A DNA stretch of 64,000 nucleotides from Bacteroidales bacterium (GTDB lineage: Bacteria; Bacteroidota; Bacteroidia; Bacteroidales; UBA932). Below the pieces are notes generated by a model. That model was not told the origin of the DNA. It saw nothing but the letters and a program-made list of their open reading frames with translations, and did no database searches. The stretch spans positions 84 to 64,083 of the forward strand of contig JAKSJY010000001.1 of assembly GCA_024402025.1 (NCBI GenBank), given 5' to 3'. The position numbers and the translations under genes were made by a program. Shown here piece by piece: positions 30,089 through 39,741 of the stretch; the stretch's first letter is position 1; each line of letters begins with the position of its first letter.

Positions 30089-30646
30089 ATGCCTATGCAA
30101 CTTTTTGGCGGCAAACAGCATCTTAATACCTGGCTGGAAGAAGCCAAGCAGGGCAAGTACCACGGGCAAAAAGCCATTTTCGACTTGCTGTCCCCGAAGA
30201 TGTATGCAGTGTGCGTACGCTATATGGGTGACAGGGAAATTGCGCAGGACGTCCTTCAGGACGGTTTTGTCACGTTGTTTACGAAGCTTGAATCCTATTC
30301 CGGCGAGGGGTCCTTCGAAGGTTGGGCCCGCAAGATCTTTGTCAACACCGCGCTTATGGCGCTCAGAAAACGTGACGTTCTGAAAGAATCCGAGGACATC
30401 GAGACGGCGGCCGGCGTTGCCGGGAGTCCGACACAGGTGATGGATGAAATAGGATACAAGGAATTGACGGCCTTGATCTCCGAACTTCCCCCGGGATTCA
30501 GGACGGTTTTCAATATGTATGTGATCGAGGGGTATTCCCATAAGGAAATAGCCGAATCCCTGGGCATTTCCGAGGCCACCTCCCGTTCGCAACTTCTGAG
30601 GGCGAGGGCGCTGTTGCAGTCAAGGATTGAAAAAAAAGAGTATTGA
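30089..30646 (+). CDS. ECF RNA polymerase sigma factor
   Basis: Region 2 (AQDVLQDGF, SFEGWARKIFVN) and region 4 (LPPGFRTVFNMY.IEGYSHKEIAE.LGISE.TSRSQL.RA); exact start uncertain. Confidence 0.93.
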   Translation: MPMQLFGGKQHLNTWLEEAKQGKYHGQKAIFDLLSPKMYAVCVRYMGDREIAQDVLQDGFVTLFTKLESYSGEGSFEGWARKIFVNTALMALRKRDVLKESEDIETAAGVAGSPTQVMDEIGYKELTALISELPPGFRTVFNMYVIEGYSHKEIAESLGISEATSRSQLLRARALLQSRIEKKEY

Positions 30647-30647
30647 G

Positions 30648-31745
30648 ATGTCTGTAGATACAGAAAACAGGTTTGACCGGTATGTAAGATCGGTGGTCCG
30701 GGACGCGGAGGAAAAGGTTCCTTCCGGTGTCTGGGAGGCCGTATCCGGAAAAATCGCTCCGGAGCACAGGCGGAATCCCGTCTGGCTGTGGTGGCCGGCG
30801 ATGGCCGCCGCCGCTGCCGCTTGCGCCCTGCTGCTGACGGTATCTCCCGAAACGGTGGAGTCGGACGGCGCGCAGAGAGTGGACCTGATCAGCCTCAACA
30901 ACGCCCCGGCGCGGGAGACTTTGGTTGCCGGACTTCAGAGGCCCCGGGCCATTCCTGCGGGGAAGGTGCTGACGGTTCCCGTTCCGGAAAATCCGTTCGT
31001 TGTAATGGAAGCTCCGGCCGCCGCGCAGGAGAAGATGGACGAGTCGGTGGCGGCATGCCCCGAAGAAGAGCAGGCGGAAGTTTCCAAATGGGAGGAGCTG
31101 CTTTTCGAAGAAGAAGGAACCGCATATCCTGCCCGTCCCCTGAGCGTGACCGTGGGCGGACTTCTGGGCGCGAACGATTCGCGGCTTTACGGCTTCGCTT
31201 CGATGCCGTCCTATGCCGAGGTTCCTCAGCCCGGCACGATCAATGAGGAGAGCGTTCCCGTATACGGTATTCCTCTTTCGTTTGCCATCGGGGTCAGGAT
31301 ACCTCTGTCCGGAAGGCTTTCCCTCGGCACGGGTCTCAGCTACACCATGCTTTCCAGGACATTCAAGGGCTCCTACAAGACGGAATCCGGGGATATGACG
31401 CACAGGATGCAATATGTGGGCATCCCGGTGAACCTGAACCTCGACGTACTCAGCACAAGCCGTTTTGCCGCCTACATCACGGCAGGGGTCGAGGCGGAGA
31501 AGTGCATCACGAACAGATACTGGTTCCTTTCCAAAAGTCCCGATCCTGTCTATCAGTCCAAGGTCGGAGGGATACAGATGAGCGCCGGATTGGGCGCCGG
31601 CATACAATACAACATCACAAAAGTGCTGGGAATTTATATCGACCCGGGTTTCAGGTATTATTTCGACTGCAACCAGCCCAAGAGCGTACGCACGGACAAA
31701 CCGCTGATGTTCAATATGGAAGCAGGTCTCAGATTCAACCTGTAA
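30648..31745 (+). CDS. Putative dual-membrane-spanning anti-sigma factor (N-terminal cytoplasmic helix, TM, acidic linker, C-terminal beta-barrel)
   Basis: FD...R......E..VP..VWE.V N-terminus; TM WLWWPAMAAAAAACALLL; barrel strands LSLGTGLSYT, QYVGIPVNL, IYIDPGFRYYF, EAGLRFNL; directly after the ECF sigma gene. Confidence 0.75.
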   Translation: MSVDTENRFDRYVRSVVRDAEEKVPSGVWEAVSGKIAPEHRRNPVWLWWPAMAAAAAACALLLTVSPETVESDGAQRVDLISLNNAPARETLVAGLQRPRAIPAGKVLTVPVPENPFVVMEAPAAAQEKMDESVAACPEEEQAEVSKWEELLFEEEGTAYPARPLSVTVGGLLGANDSRLYGFASMPSYAEVPQPGTINEESVPVYGIPLSFAIGVRIPLSGRLSLGTGLSYTMLSRTFKGSYKTESGDMTHRMQYVGIPVNLNLDVLSTSRFAAYITAGVEAEKCITNRYWFLSKSPDPVYQSKVGGIQMSAGLGAGIQYNITKVLGIYIDPGFRYYFDCNQPKSVRTDKPLMFNMEAGLRFNL

Positions 31746-31768
31746 GATTTATTTTATCAGATAAAACA

Positions 31769-31818
31769 GCAAAATCAACCGCATGCCCTCGAAGGTGTGC
31801 GGTTTTTTGCTTTTATTT
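31769..31818 (+). terminator. Intrinsic terminator (possibly bidirectional)
   Basis: GCAAAA..AACCGCATGCC-loop-GGTGTGCGGTT-TTTTGC stem followed by T tracts, just after the anti-sigma stop. Confidence 0.7.
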
Positions 31819-31835
31819 GCAGAAAAACAAAAACG

Positions 31836-33017
31836 ATGAGAAACTTCATTCCGGTCGCCGTGGCGATCGTATTATTGCAGGCGTGCACGTATCGGGGAAA
31901 TGACTTCTGCGACAGGCCCAGACCTTCCGGAGGGGACAGGGGTCCCGGGCGGGAGGAAAAGGCCGACACCCTTCCTTCCGAAGCCAAAAGGGATGTCTAT
32001 GCTTGCGTGGTCAAATTCCCGCAGAGCTACGACTGGCGCCAGGATTCGCTTTTCGGCAACGTCAACTGCAAACTTACGCTTTATAGAAATGCTGAACCCA
32101 TACTGGACCTGAAGGCCGGGAGAGACACCGGGATTCCGGTGAGTCCGGGCTTGCACCACATTGCCGACGGCCATCTCTATACGGAGGGCCCGGGAGTCGT
32201 CAAGAGGGACGGAGAGGATTTCTATCGCTTCGCGGGCAGCGAAAGGATGGTCGGCATACTTCCCGGCGGCCCCGGCGTCTATACCCTGTCGTCCATTTCC
32301 GGAGGCGGATTCTGTCTGAGACAGGACGGCACGCAGGTGCTTCGGATGGGATCCGGCATTCCGAAATCCTTGTACAAGGATGGCGGCCACGTATATTTCA
32401 GTTACCTGACAGGGGGTCCGCAGGACAGGAGCCTGAATCTGGTTGAGGACGGAGTGCCGCGACCGGTGGATTTCGGTCCCGGGGAAAGGCCGCTCGCCGT
32501 AAGGATGCTGGAAGGAAAGCGGTACCTTCTTTACATAAAGGACGACCACTATTTCATCTCGGATGGCAGGAAGGAAGTCAGGCATTGCGTATGCCGCCCT
32601 TCGGAATACGAGGACGCGGAGCTGTTCCCTTTCGCGGACGGATGCGGGGCCCTGGTGGACAAGACGTTCGGAACAGGGAAGGGTAGCCGGATACTGCTGA
32701 CCGGAAGTCGGGGTGTGGCGTTCATTTCGGGAGGGAAGGCGTCATACGTGAGGATGAACCCGCAGTGCAGATGGGCGGAAGTGGTGTGGGAGATGGACGG
32801 AACGGTAACGGCGTGCTGCTCGGACACGACGGTGTTCCGCATAGACAGGGATGCCTTCCTCCCGGCAGACGATTGTGTGTGGTACGGCCGTGGGGACCTG
32901 GTGCTGGGTATGAGCGACCTTTCGACCGGAAGGCCGTTTCTTTGGGACAACGGGGAGATCTTGGAAATCGATGCCTTCGGCTACATTTCGGCCGTCTCGG
33001 TCAGTCTGTCCAGGTGA
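31836..33017 (+). CDS. Hypothetical lipoprotein, probably beta-propeller
   Basis: Lipobox LLQAC; Gly/aromatic short beta-strand repeats. Confidence 0.65.
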   Translation: MRNFIPVAVAIVLLQACTYRGNDFCDRPRPSGGDRGPGREEKADTLPSEAKRDVYACVVKFPQSYDWRQDSLFGNVNCKLTLYRNAEPILDLKAGRDTGIPVSPGLHHIADGHLYTEGPGVVKRDGEDFYRFAGSERMVGILPGGPGVYTLSSISGGGFCLRQDGTQVLRMGSGIPKSLYKDGGHVYFSYLTGGPQDRSLNLVEDGVPRPVDFGPGERPLAVRMLEGKRYLLYIKDDHYFISDGRKEVRHCVCRPSEYEDAELFPFADGCGALVDKTFGTGKGSRILLTGSRGVAFISGGKASYVRMNPQCRWAEVVWEMDGTVTACCSDTTVFRIDRDAFLPADDCVWYGRGDLVLGMSDLSTGRPFLWDNGEILEIDAFGYISAVSVSLSR

Positions 33018-33426
33018 TTTTCCTGGAGCCGTCATCGCATACCGAGATGCTTGCCCTGAGAGTTTCTTCGGGAATGATGTCCTCTATGTTTTCGGGCCAT
33101 TCCATCAGGCAAAGGCTTCCGCTGTCGATATAGTCGTAGAAACCGATGTCAAGAGCCTCGGCAATCCGTGTGATCCGGTAGAAATCGAAATGGAAAATCG
33201 GCGAACCGTCGCCGGCCTTGTATTCGTTGATGATGGAAAAAGTCGGGGAGCTTACCGCGTCTGAGTTTACGCCCAGGACCCGGCAGATTGCAGTGGTGAA
33301 GGTGGTCTTTCCTGCGCCCATCGGGGCATAGAATGCGATCAGGTTGCGGCCTTTGGTTTCTTCAAGAAAGGCCCTGGCCGCGTCGTCGATGGACTTCAGG
33401 TCCCGTATGATTATTTCGTGGGTCAT
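33001..33426 (-). CDS. tsaE: tRNA threonylcarbamoyladenosine biosynthesis ATPase TsaE
   Basis: MGAGKTTF, VSSPTFSIINEY, HFDFYRI, CLMEWPE; start ATG 33426. Confidence 0.95.
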   Translation of the reverse strand: MTHEIIIRDLKSIDDAARAFLEETKGRNLIAFYAPMGAGKTTFTTAICRVLGVNSDAVSSPTFSIINEYKAGDGSPIFHFDFYRITRIAEALDIGFYDYIDSGSLCLMEWPENIEDIIPEETLRASISVCDDGSRKITWTD

Positions 33427-33456
33427 TTCAAAGAACAAATTTAATCTTTTTATCAT

Positions 33457-34998
33457 ATGCTTGTACATGTTTATGGCGCCAAGTGCATCGGCATCGACGC
33501 AAGGAAAATCATCATCGAGACGGAAATCGAAAACGGAATCGGCATCAGCATGGTCGGTCTTGCGGACGTGGCCGTAAAGGAAAGCCTGCTCAGGGTCTGT
33601 ACCGCACTTGAGGCTCTGGGATATCGCATTCCGGGGCGGAAGATAATAATCAACCTGGCGCCGGCGGACCTGCAGAAGAATGGAAGCGGATATGACCTTC
33701 CCATCGCCGTAGGAATACTTGCCGCGAGCGGTCAGCTGACGGCGGAGCACGTCGGGGAATACCTGATGATGGGGGAACTCGGACTTGACGGTTCGGTAAG
33801 GGATATCTCAGGCGCACTTCCGTATGCCCAGCTCTGCCGGGACGAGGGGATGAAAGGGTGCATTCTGCCACAGGCGTCCGGAATGGAGGCCGCCGCCCTC
33901 AAGGGCGTGGTATCCTTTGGGGTGGGCAGCCTTGCGGACGTCATCCGAATCCTGAAGAATCCCGAAGAGTGCTCCGACCTGCTTTGCATGGAGGGCGGTG
34001 TCGTTGAGGATGAAATAAAAGAAGAGCTCGTGGATTTCAAGGAGATTATCGGTCAGAAGGCTGCGAAGCGGGGAGCGGAAATCGCCGCCGCCGGTGGGCA
34101 CAACCTGATTCTCGTAGGTCCCGCCGGTGTGGGGAAGAGCTCGATTGCGAAGGCGGTGGCGGGAATTCTGCCGCCACTCGGGGAGGAGGAGTCGCTGACC
34201 ACGAGCAAAATCTACTCCATTGCGGGAAAAGGAAGCCTCCGGCGCGGGCTGATGCATTCCCGTCCGTTCCGCTCTCCGCACTACAGCGCCTCGCTGTCCG
34301 CCATTCTCGGCGGGGGCGGAGGGGACAACATAATGCCCGGGGAAGTCAGCCTGGCCCAGAACGGGGTCCTCTTTCTGGACGAATTTGCGCAAATCCCCAA
34401 AAGCATAGTCGAGGCATTGCGTGCGCCGCTCGAGGACAGGCGGGTGGTAATCTCCCGTTTGAAGATGAAAGTGACGTATCCCGCCTCGTTCATGCTGGTG
34501 GCCGCGTCCAATCCCTGCCCTTGCGGGTACTGGGGCGAGGGGGACAGGTGCAATTGCACACCCTCGCGCAGACAGGCCTATATGGCAAGGCTTTCCGGCC
34601 CGGTGATGGACAGAATAGACATACAGGTTTTTTGCCGGAGCATCCCGCGCAATGAGATTTTCCGTCGGTACGGTGTGCAGGAGGCGGAAAGTTCGGAGAC
34701 GGTGAGGCGCAGGGTCGTTGCCGCAAGGGAGATACAGCTCAGGCGCTTTGTGGGGGAAGGCATCTTCTGCAATGCTGAGATGAATACTCGGCAGATGGAG
34801 AAATATTGTCCCCTGTCCGAGGAGTGCAGGGCGACGATGGAAAAGGTGATGGCGAACATGGGGCTTTCGATGAGGGCGTATTCCAGAATAATCAGGGTCG
34901 CCAGGACGATTGCAGACCTCGAGGGAAAAGACGACATCGCCCCGGCCCACCTGCTGGAAGCGGCCGGATACAGGTTTCTGGACAAGGAAATCGGATAG
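33457..34998 (+). CDS. comM: ComM/YifB family AAA+ helicase (Mg-chelatase-like)
   Basis: VGLAD.AVKES, INLAPADL.K.GS.YDLPIA, GPAGVGKS, PGEVSLA.NGVLFLDE, NPCPCG, RVARTIADL. Confidence 0.93.
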   Translation: MLVHVYGAKCIGIDARKIIIETEIENGIGISMVGLADVAVKESLLRVCTALEALGYRIPGRKIIINLAPADLQKNGSGYDLPIAVGILAASGQLTAEHVGEYLMMGELGLDGSVRDISGALPYAQLCRDEGMKGCILPQASGMEAAALKGVVSFGVGSLADVIRILKNPEECSDLLCMEGGVVEDEIKEELVDFKEIIGQKAAKRGAEIAAAGGHNLILVGPAGVGKSSIAKAVAGILPPLGEEESLTTSKIYSIAGKGSLRRGLMHSRPFRSPHYSASLSAILGGGGGDNIMPGEVSLAQNGVLFLDEFAQIPKSIVEALRAPLEDRRVVISRLKMKVTYPASFMLVAASNPCPCGYWGEGDRCNCTPSRRQAYMARLSGPVMDRIDIQVFCRSIPRNEIFRRYGVQEAESSETVRRRVVAAREIQLRRFVGEGIFCNAEMNTRQMEKYCPLSEECRATMEKVMANMGLSMRAYSRIIRVARTIADLEGKDDIAPAHLLEAAGYRFLDKEIG

Positions 34999-35064
34999 TG
35001 TCCGATTTGTTTCTATCTGAAAAATTGCGAAATTTGTGTTTGTTTAAAAGAAACAGTTCAGACG

Positions 35065-35586
35065 ATGAAGAATGCTGTCATTACGCTGCTTGCCGTTGCG
35101 GCGATGTGCCTTTCGGTGGCGGGCTGCCAGAAATCCGGCAAGGATGTGTTCCGGGGCAATTATACTTTCAAGACCAGCGGATATCTTGCCGCCGTGTGCG
35201 ACTCCGTGCGTGAATGCGGAGGCGTTGCCGTTGCGGATACGCTGATAGCGGAGCTGGACACGCAGTCGGGCCAGATGGACATCTCGGATATGGGCGGAGG
35301 AAAACTGCTCGTGTCAATGAACCGCATACCGGGCAAGGTCAGCGTGATGTATGCCGAGGTCGACGGATCGGCTTTGAGCATCATTCCGGCGAAAGAGAGG
35401 ACGGAATTCACCCTCGCGGGCGGTCTCATTCCGGATTCCGCGGACCTTACTGTCGGAGGGACCGGCAGGAAATACGAAGGGATACTGCTTTTCGACCTGG
35501 TTTACGAGGGGGAGATCCGTTGTCTCGGACACGAGTATAAAATCACAGAAAGTAAAGTAATATGTCGGGCAAAGGAAAACGAATAG
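35065..35586 (+). CDS. Hypothetical lipoprotein
   Basis: Lipobox VAGC after a hydrophobic stretch; beta-rich; first gene of the efflux operon. Confidence 0.7.
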   Translation: MKNAVITLLAVAAMCLSVAGCQKSGKDVFRGNYTFKTSGYLAAVCDSVRECGGVAVADTLIAELDTQSGQMDISDMGGGKLLVSMNRIPGKVSVMYAEVDGSALSIIPAKERTEFTLAGGLIPDSADLTVGGTGRKYEGILLFDLVYEGEIRCLGHEYKITESKVICRAKENE

Positions 35587-36614
35587 TCGCACAGTCTCTT
35601 CTGCTGCTTTCCTGTCTGTGTGTCCTGCCCGGATGCACCGATACCGGAAGGAACAGGTTCTTCAAAGCGGCCGAAAAGCCGAAGGAAATCACGGTGCGTG
35701 TCGTTGAGGTTGTCTCCGGGCAGACTGTCCGTACCGATTGCTATGTCGGGACGGTGGAAGCCGGGAGAAAGACGGTTGTCAGCGCCCCGGCGTCAGGCAC
35801 CCTTGCCGAAGTGAACTGCAGGACCGGTGAAACCGTTCCGGCCGGCAGGATGCTTGCGCTCGTGGACAGCCCCGTACTCAAGAGTGCATACGACGTCGCC
35901 GAATCCCAGTTGAACCAGGCGGAAGACGGATGGGAAAGGATAGAGAAGCTCAAGGAGGCCGGCAGTGTTGCGGAAGTGAAGGTGGTTGAAGTCCAGACCG
36001 CACTTTTGCAGGCAAGAGCTGCCGAGCAGGCCGCAAGGGAGAGCCTTGAAGACTGCCAGGTAAAGGCCCCCTTCCCCGGAATAGTGGAACGGGTTTACGT
36101 ATCGGCCGGGACGAAGGTCCTGCCGGGAGAACCCTTGTTCGAAATCGTTGATGCCCAGACTCCCGAAATCCGTTTCCAAGTTCCGGAGAACGAATATTCC
36201 GGAATAAGGACGGGCGGGGATGTCGAGGTTCTTGTCCCGGCGGTCGGAGGTTCCTTTCCGGGGAAGATCATTTCCAAAGGGGTTCAGGCATCCAGGCTGT
36301 CGCACAGTTATGAATGTACGGTAAAACTCGGAGGCCGGCAGGAAGGTGTCATGCCCGGAATGGTCTGCAAAGTGTTTGTCAGGACAAGCGGAGAAGAGAG
36401 TATCGTCATCCCGGCAGGCGCAGTATGCATCGACATGGATGGACGCTGCGTCTGGGTGGTAGAGGACGGCATCGTCGGGAAGCGTCCCGTGGTCACCGGT
36501 GATTTCAGCGGCCAGGGAGTGATAATCAGGGAGGGACTTTCCCCCGGAGACGAGGTGATAACCGAAGGTATGACCAAGGTCTCGGTCGGGATGAAGGTGA
36601 ACACCATAAGATAG
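35562..36614 (+). CDS. RND efflux periplasmic adaptor (membrane fusion protein)
   Basis: Lipobox LPGC; biotinyl-lipoyl-like repeats, hairpin, VKAPFPG, MPGM, GLSPGDEVITEG. Confidence 0.92.
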   Translation: MSGKGKRIVAQSLLLLSCLCVLPGCTDTGRNRFFKAAEKPKEITVRVVEVVSGQTVRTDCYVGTVEAGRKTVVSAPASGTLAEVNCRTGETVPAGRMLALVDSPVLKSAYDVAESQLNQAEDGWERIEKLKEAGSVAEVKVVEVQTALLQARAAEQAARESLEDCQVKAPFPGIVERVYVSAGTKVLPGEPLFEIVDAQTPEIRFQVPENEYSGIRTGGDVEVLVPAVGGSFPGKIISKGVQASRLSHSYECTVKLGGRQEGVMPGMVCKVFVRTSGEESIVIPAGAVCIDMDGRCVWVVEDGIVGKRPVVTGDFSGQGVIIREGLSPGDEVITEGMTKVSVGMKVNTIR

Positions 36615-36618
36615 GAAG

Positions 36619-39600
36619 TTGAAAAAGATAGACGAGATATCGAAAGGCTTGAAGAGCTCGGGAGCCGTAAGTTCCTGGGTCAGGTGGGCGGTCAGGGAAA
36701 AGCGCCTGATGCGTCTCCTGATCTGTGCGCTCATTTCAGTCGGAATAATCGGACTTGTCAAGATGAACAAGGACGAGTTTCCGGCTTTCAAGATCAAGCA
36801 GGGCCTTGTAGTCGGAGTTTATCCCGGGGCGGATGCGCAGGAGGTCGAGGACCGTCTTGCAAAACCGTTGGAAGAATATATCTTTTCCTTCAAGGAGGTA
36901 AGCAGGGAGACGGTTGCGATGGTGTCGAAGGATGGGGTGTGCTATCTTTACGTCGACCTGAACGTTCCCCAGAAAAGAAAGGACGAAGTCTGGGGAAAAA
37001 TCAAGCTGGGCCTTCAGGCAAGGCAGAAGACGCTTCCTGCCGGAGTGCTCGGAGTCTTCGTGCTTGACGAGTTCAGCAACGCATCCTCGATGCTGCTCTC
37101 CATTCAGTCGGACGACAAGAGTTATGTGGAACTGCAGGAGTATGCCCGAAAGCTGTGTGAAAGTCTCAGGGAACTTCCGGAACTTGCAAGCGCAAGCGTG
37201 ATAGGATCCCAATCGGAGGAAATAGCCGTAACGCTCGACAGGGAGAAACTTTCCTCCTACGGGATAGACCCGTCCGGAATCCTTCTGAAATTCCAGAGCA
37301 CCACAATCAATGCTCCGGCAGGGGAATTCAAGACCTCCTACATATCGTCTCCGATAGTGGTGAACAATCCGATTGAAAGCGAAAAGGAGATAGCGGAAAG
37401 AATTGTTTACGCCGACCCTTCCGGGAACGTGGTCCGCCTCGGGGACGTGGCTTCGGTCGAGCGCAGATACCGCAAGCCCACCCGGATAGTTTCATACAAC
37501 GGGTCGTCCTGTCTCGTCCTCAATATCGAGATGCGTCCGGGAAACAATATCGTAGCTTTCGGACGCAGCATCGACACGGTACTTGAAAAGTTCAGACACG
37601 ATATTCCGGAAAGTGTGACGCTGAGTCGAATAATAGACCAGCCCCGCCTGGTGCGAAGCAGCATCTGGACTTTCCTGAGGGACCTGGTAATCTCCATTCT
37701 GGTGGTTATCTTCGTAATGCTGATGCTCTTCCCCTTGCGGCCGGCACTTATCGCCAGCTCGGGGGTCCCCGTCTGTACGGCTATCGCAATCGCGTTCATG
37801 TACATTTCGGGCATCGAACTGAACACGGTAACCCTGGCTGCACTGATTGTCTGTCTTGGAATGATAGTCGACGACTCGATCATTACGATGGACGGCTATA
37901 TGGACAAGAACAGACGTGGCCTGCACGGGGTTGATGCGGCCAGTGCCAGCGCTCAGGAGCTGTTCATGCCAACCTTCATCGCCACGCTGGCAATCTGCCT
38001 GATGTTCTGTCCCATGCTGGGGATAATTGACGGCTATCTCGGAGATTTCGTCAAGTTGTTCCCCTGGGTTATCCTCTTCTCGCTGATGACTTCCCTATTC
38101 TATGCCGTTTCGGTGGTCCCGGCGCTTGAAGTAAGGTTCATAAAGCCCGAAGATCCGGAAAAGAAAAAGAATTTCCTTGCAAGAGGGCAGGAACGTTTCT
38201 TCGGATTCATGCAAAACACTTACGAAAAAGCTCTGAACGGCTGTTTCAGGCATCCGAAGGCAACGATTCTCGGCGGCGTAGCCGCTGTGGCCCTGGGATT
38301 TCTCATGTTCTCCCGGATGAACATAATGATGTTCCCCAATGCGAGCAAGGATTATTTCGTGATTGAGATGTATCTCCAGGAAGGTTGCGGAATAGATAGA
38401 ACCAGAGAGCACGCAGACACCTTGTCGAACATACTGTTGAGAGATCCGAGGGTAACGTCCGTGACGGTTTTCGCAGGGCTTTCCGCGCCGCGTTTCTGCC
38501 CGACCTACACTCCTCTCGAGCCGTCGGAAAGAACGGCGCAGATGCTTGTCAACACAACTTCATATCAGGTTGTTGGTGACCTGATAAGGGAATACGAAGC
38601 CGAATACGAACATATGTTCCCCGATACCCAGCTGCATTTCAAGCAGATGGATTATCTGTCGGCGAACGCTCCGATAAACATTGCCGTCAGTGGAGAGGAC
38701 CGCAGAGAAATGCTGGCGGTGGCGGAAAAGATCAAATCGTTCATGAACACTATGCCGGACACCTTCACCTGGGTGCACTGCGACCAGGAAAAGAACGTTC
38801 CCGGAGTCGAGGTGGAGATGGATGGAGACGAAGCGGCCCGCCTTGGGGTGAACAAGGCCCTGCTTTCGCTGTCTCTGGCAGGCACTTTCAATGCGCAGAA
38901 CATTGCCACCCTGTGGGACGGCGGCACGGCGTTGCCGGTGAATCTTTATTCCGAGGGGGTTGACGGCGAGGCCCCCTATAAGGTGATAGGCGACCAGATG
39001 GTCCCGACGGCCATTCCCGGGGTAAGCGTTCCGTTACGGCAGGTGGCATCGGTACGGCCTGTCTGGAAGAGGGCGCAGTACAACCGCTTTGGAGGACGCA
39101 ATGTCATCAACGTGTTCGCCGAACTGCGGCCAGGGAAAAGCCAACCATCTTCGGAGAAGACAATCAGGCGGTATGTGGAGAAGGAAATTCTTCCGACGCT
39201 TCCGGGGGGCATCAGAATAGACTATATGGGATCCACTTCAATCAACGGAAAAGTTATGCCGCAGATAGTATGGTCCTTCATAGGGGCCTGCGCTGTTCTG
39301 TTCCTGTTCCTGCTTCTGCATTTCAGAAAGGTTTCGATAGCCGCCCTCACAATGCTCATCAGTTCGCTGTGCCTGTTCGGCGCATCCTTCGGGCTGTGGG
39401 TATTCAATCTTGATTTCTCCATCACCGCCGTGCTGGGACTCATCTCGCTGGTCGGCATCATCGTGCGGAACGGAATACTGATGTTCGAATATGCCGAGGA
39501 AGCAAGGTTTGAGCGGGGCGAGAGCGTGTTCAAGGCTGCGATGGATGCGGGGAAGCGCAGGATGAGACCGATTTTCCTGACGTCGTGTACGACGGCGCTC

Positions 39601-39741
39601 GGAGTTCTCCCGATGATTATCAGCGGGGACCAGCTTTGGATGCCTATGGGTGTGGTCATATGCTTCGGTACAATGCTTAGCATATTCCTTGTAGTGTTGA
39701 TAATGCCTGTCGTTTACTGGCAAATATTCAAGAACAAATGA
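36619..39741 (+). CDS. RND efflux transporter permease subunit (AcrB/AcrD/AcrF family)
   Basis: 1040 aa, 12-TM layout, GMIVDDSII, GIIVRNGIL, RMRPIFLTS. Confidence 0.95.
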   Translation: MKKIDEISKGLKSSGAVSSWVRWAVREKRLMRLLICALISVGIIGLVKMNKDEFPAFKIKQGLVVGVYPGADAQEVEDRLAKPLEEYIFSFKEVSRETVAMVSKDGVCYLYVDLNVPQKRKDEVWGKIKLGLQARQKTLPAGVLGVFVLDEFSNASSMLLSIQSDDKSYVELQEYARKLCESLRELPELASASVIGSQSEEIAVTLDREKLSSYGIDPSGILLKFQSTTINAPAGEFKTSYISSPIVVNNPIESEKEIAERIVYADPSGNVVRLGDVASVERRYRKPTRIVSYNGSSCLVLNIEMRPGNNIVAFGRSIDTVLEKFRHDIPESVTLSRIIDQPRLVRSSIWTFLRDLVISILVVIFVMLMLFPLRPALIASSGVPVCTAIAIAFMYISGIELNTVTLAALIVCLGMIVDDSIITMDGYMDKNRRGLHGVDAASASAQELFMPTFIATLAICLMFCPMLGIIDGYLGDFVKLFPWVILFSLMTSLFYAVSVVPALEVRFIKPEDPEKKKNFLARGQERFFGFMQNTYEKALNGCFRHPKATILGGVAAVALGFLMFSRMNIMMFPNASKDYFVIEMYLQEGCGIDRTREHADTLSNILLRDPRVTSVTVFAGLSAPRFCPTYTPLEPSERTAQMLVNTTSYQVVGDLIREYEAEYEHMFPDTQLHFKQMDYLSANAPINIAVSGEDRREMLAVAEKIKSFMNTMPDTFTWVHCDQEKNVPGVEVEMDGDEAARLGVNKALLSLSLAGTFNAQNIATLWDGGTALPVNLYSEGVDGEAPYKVIGDQMVPTAIPGVSVPLRQVASVRPVWKRAQYNRFGGRNVINVFAELRPGKSQPSSEKTIRRYVEKEILPTLPGGIRIDYMGSTSINGKVMPQIVWSFIGACAVLFLFLLLHFRKVSIAALTMLISSLCLFGASFGLWVFNLDFSITAVLGLISLVGIIVRNGILMFEYAEEARFERGESVFKAAMDAGKRRMRPIFLTSCTTALGVLPMIISGDQLWMPMGVVICFGTMLSIFLVVLIMPVVYWQIFKNK

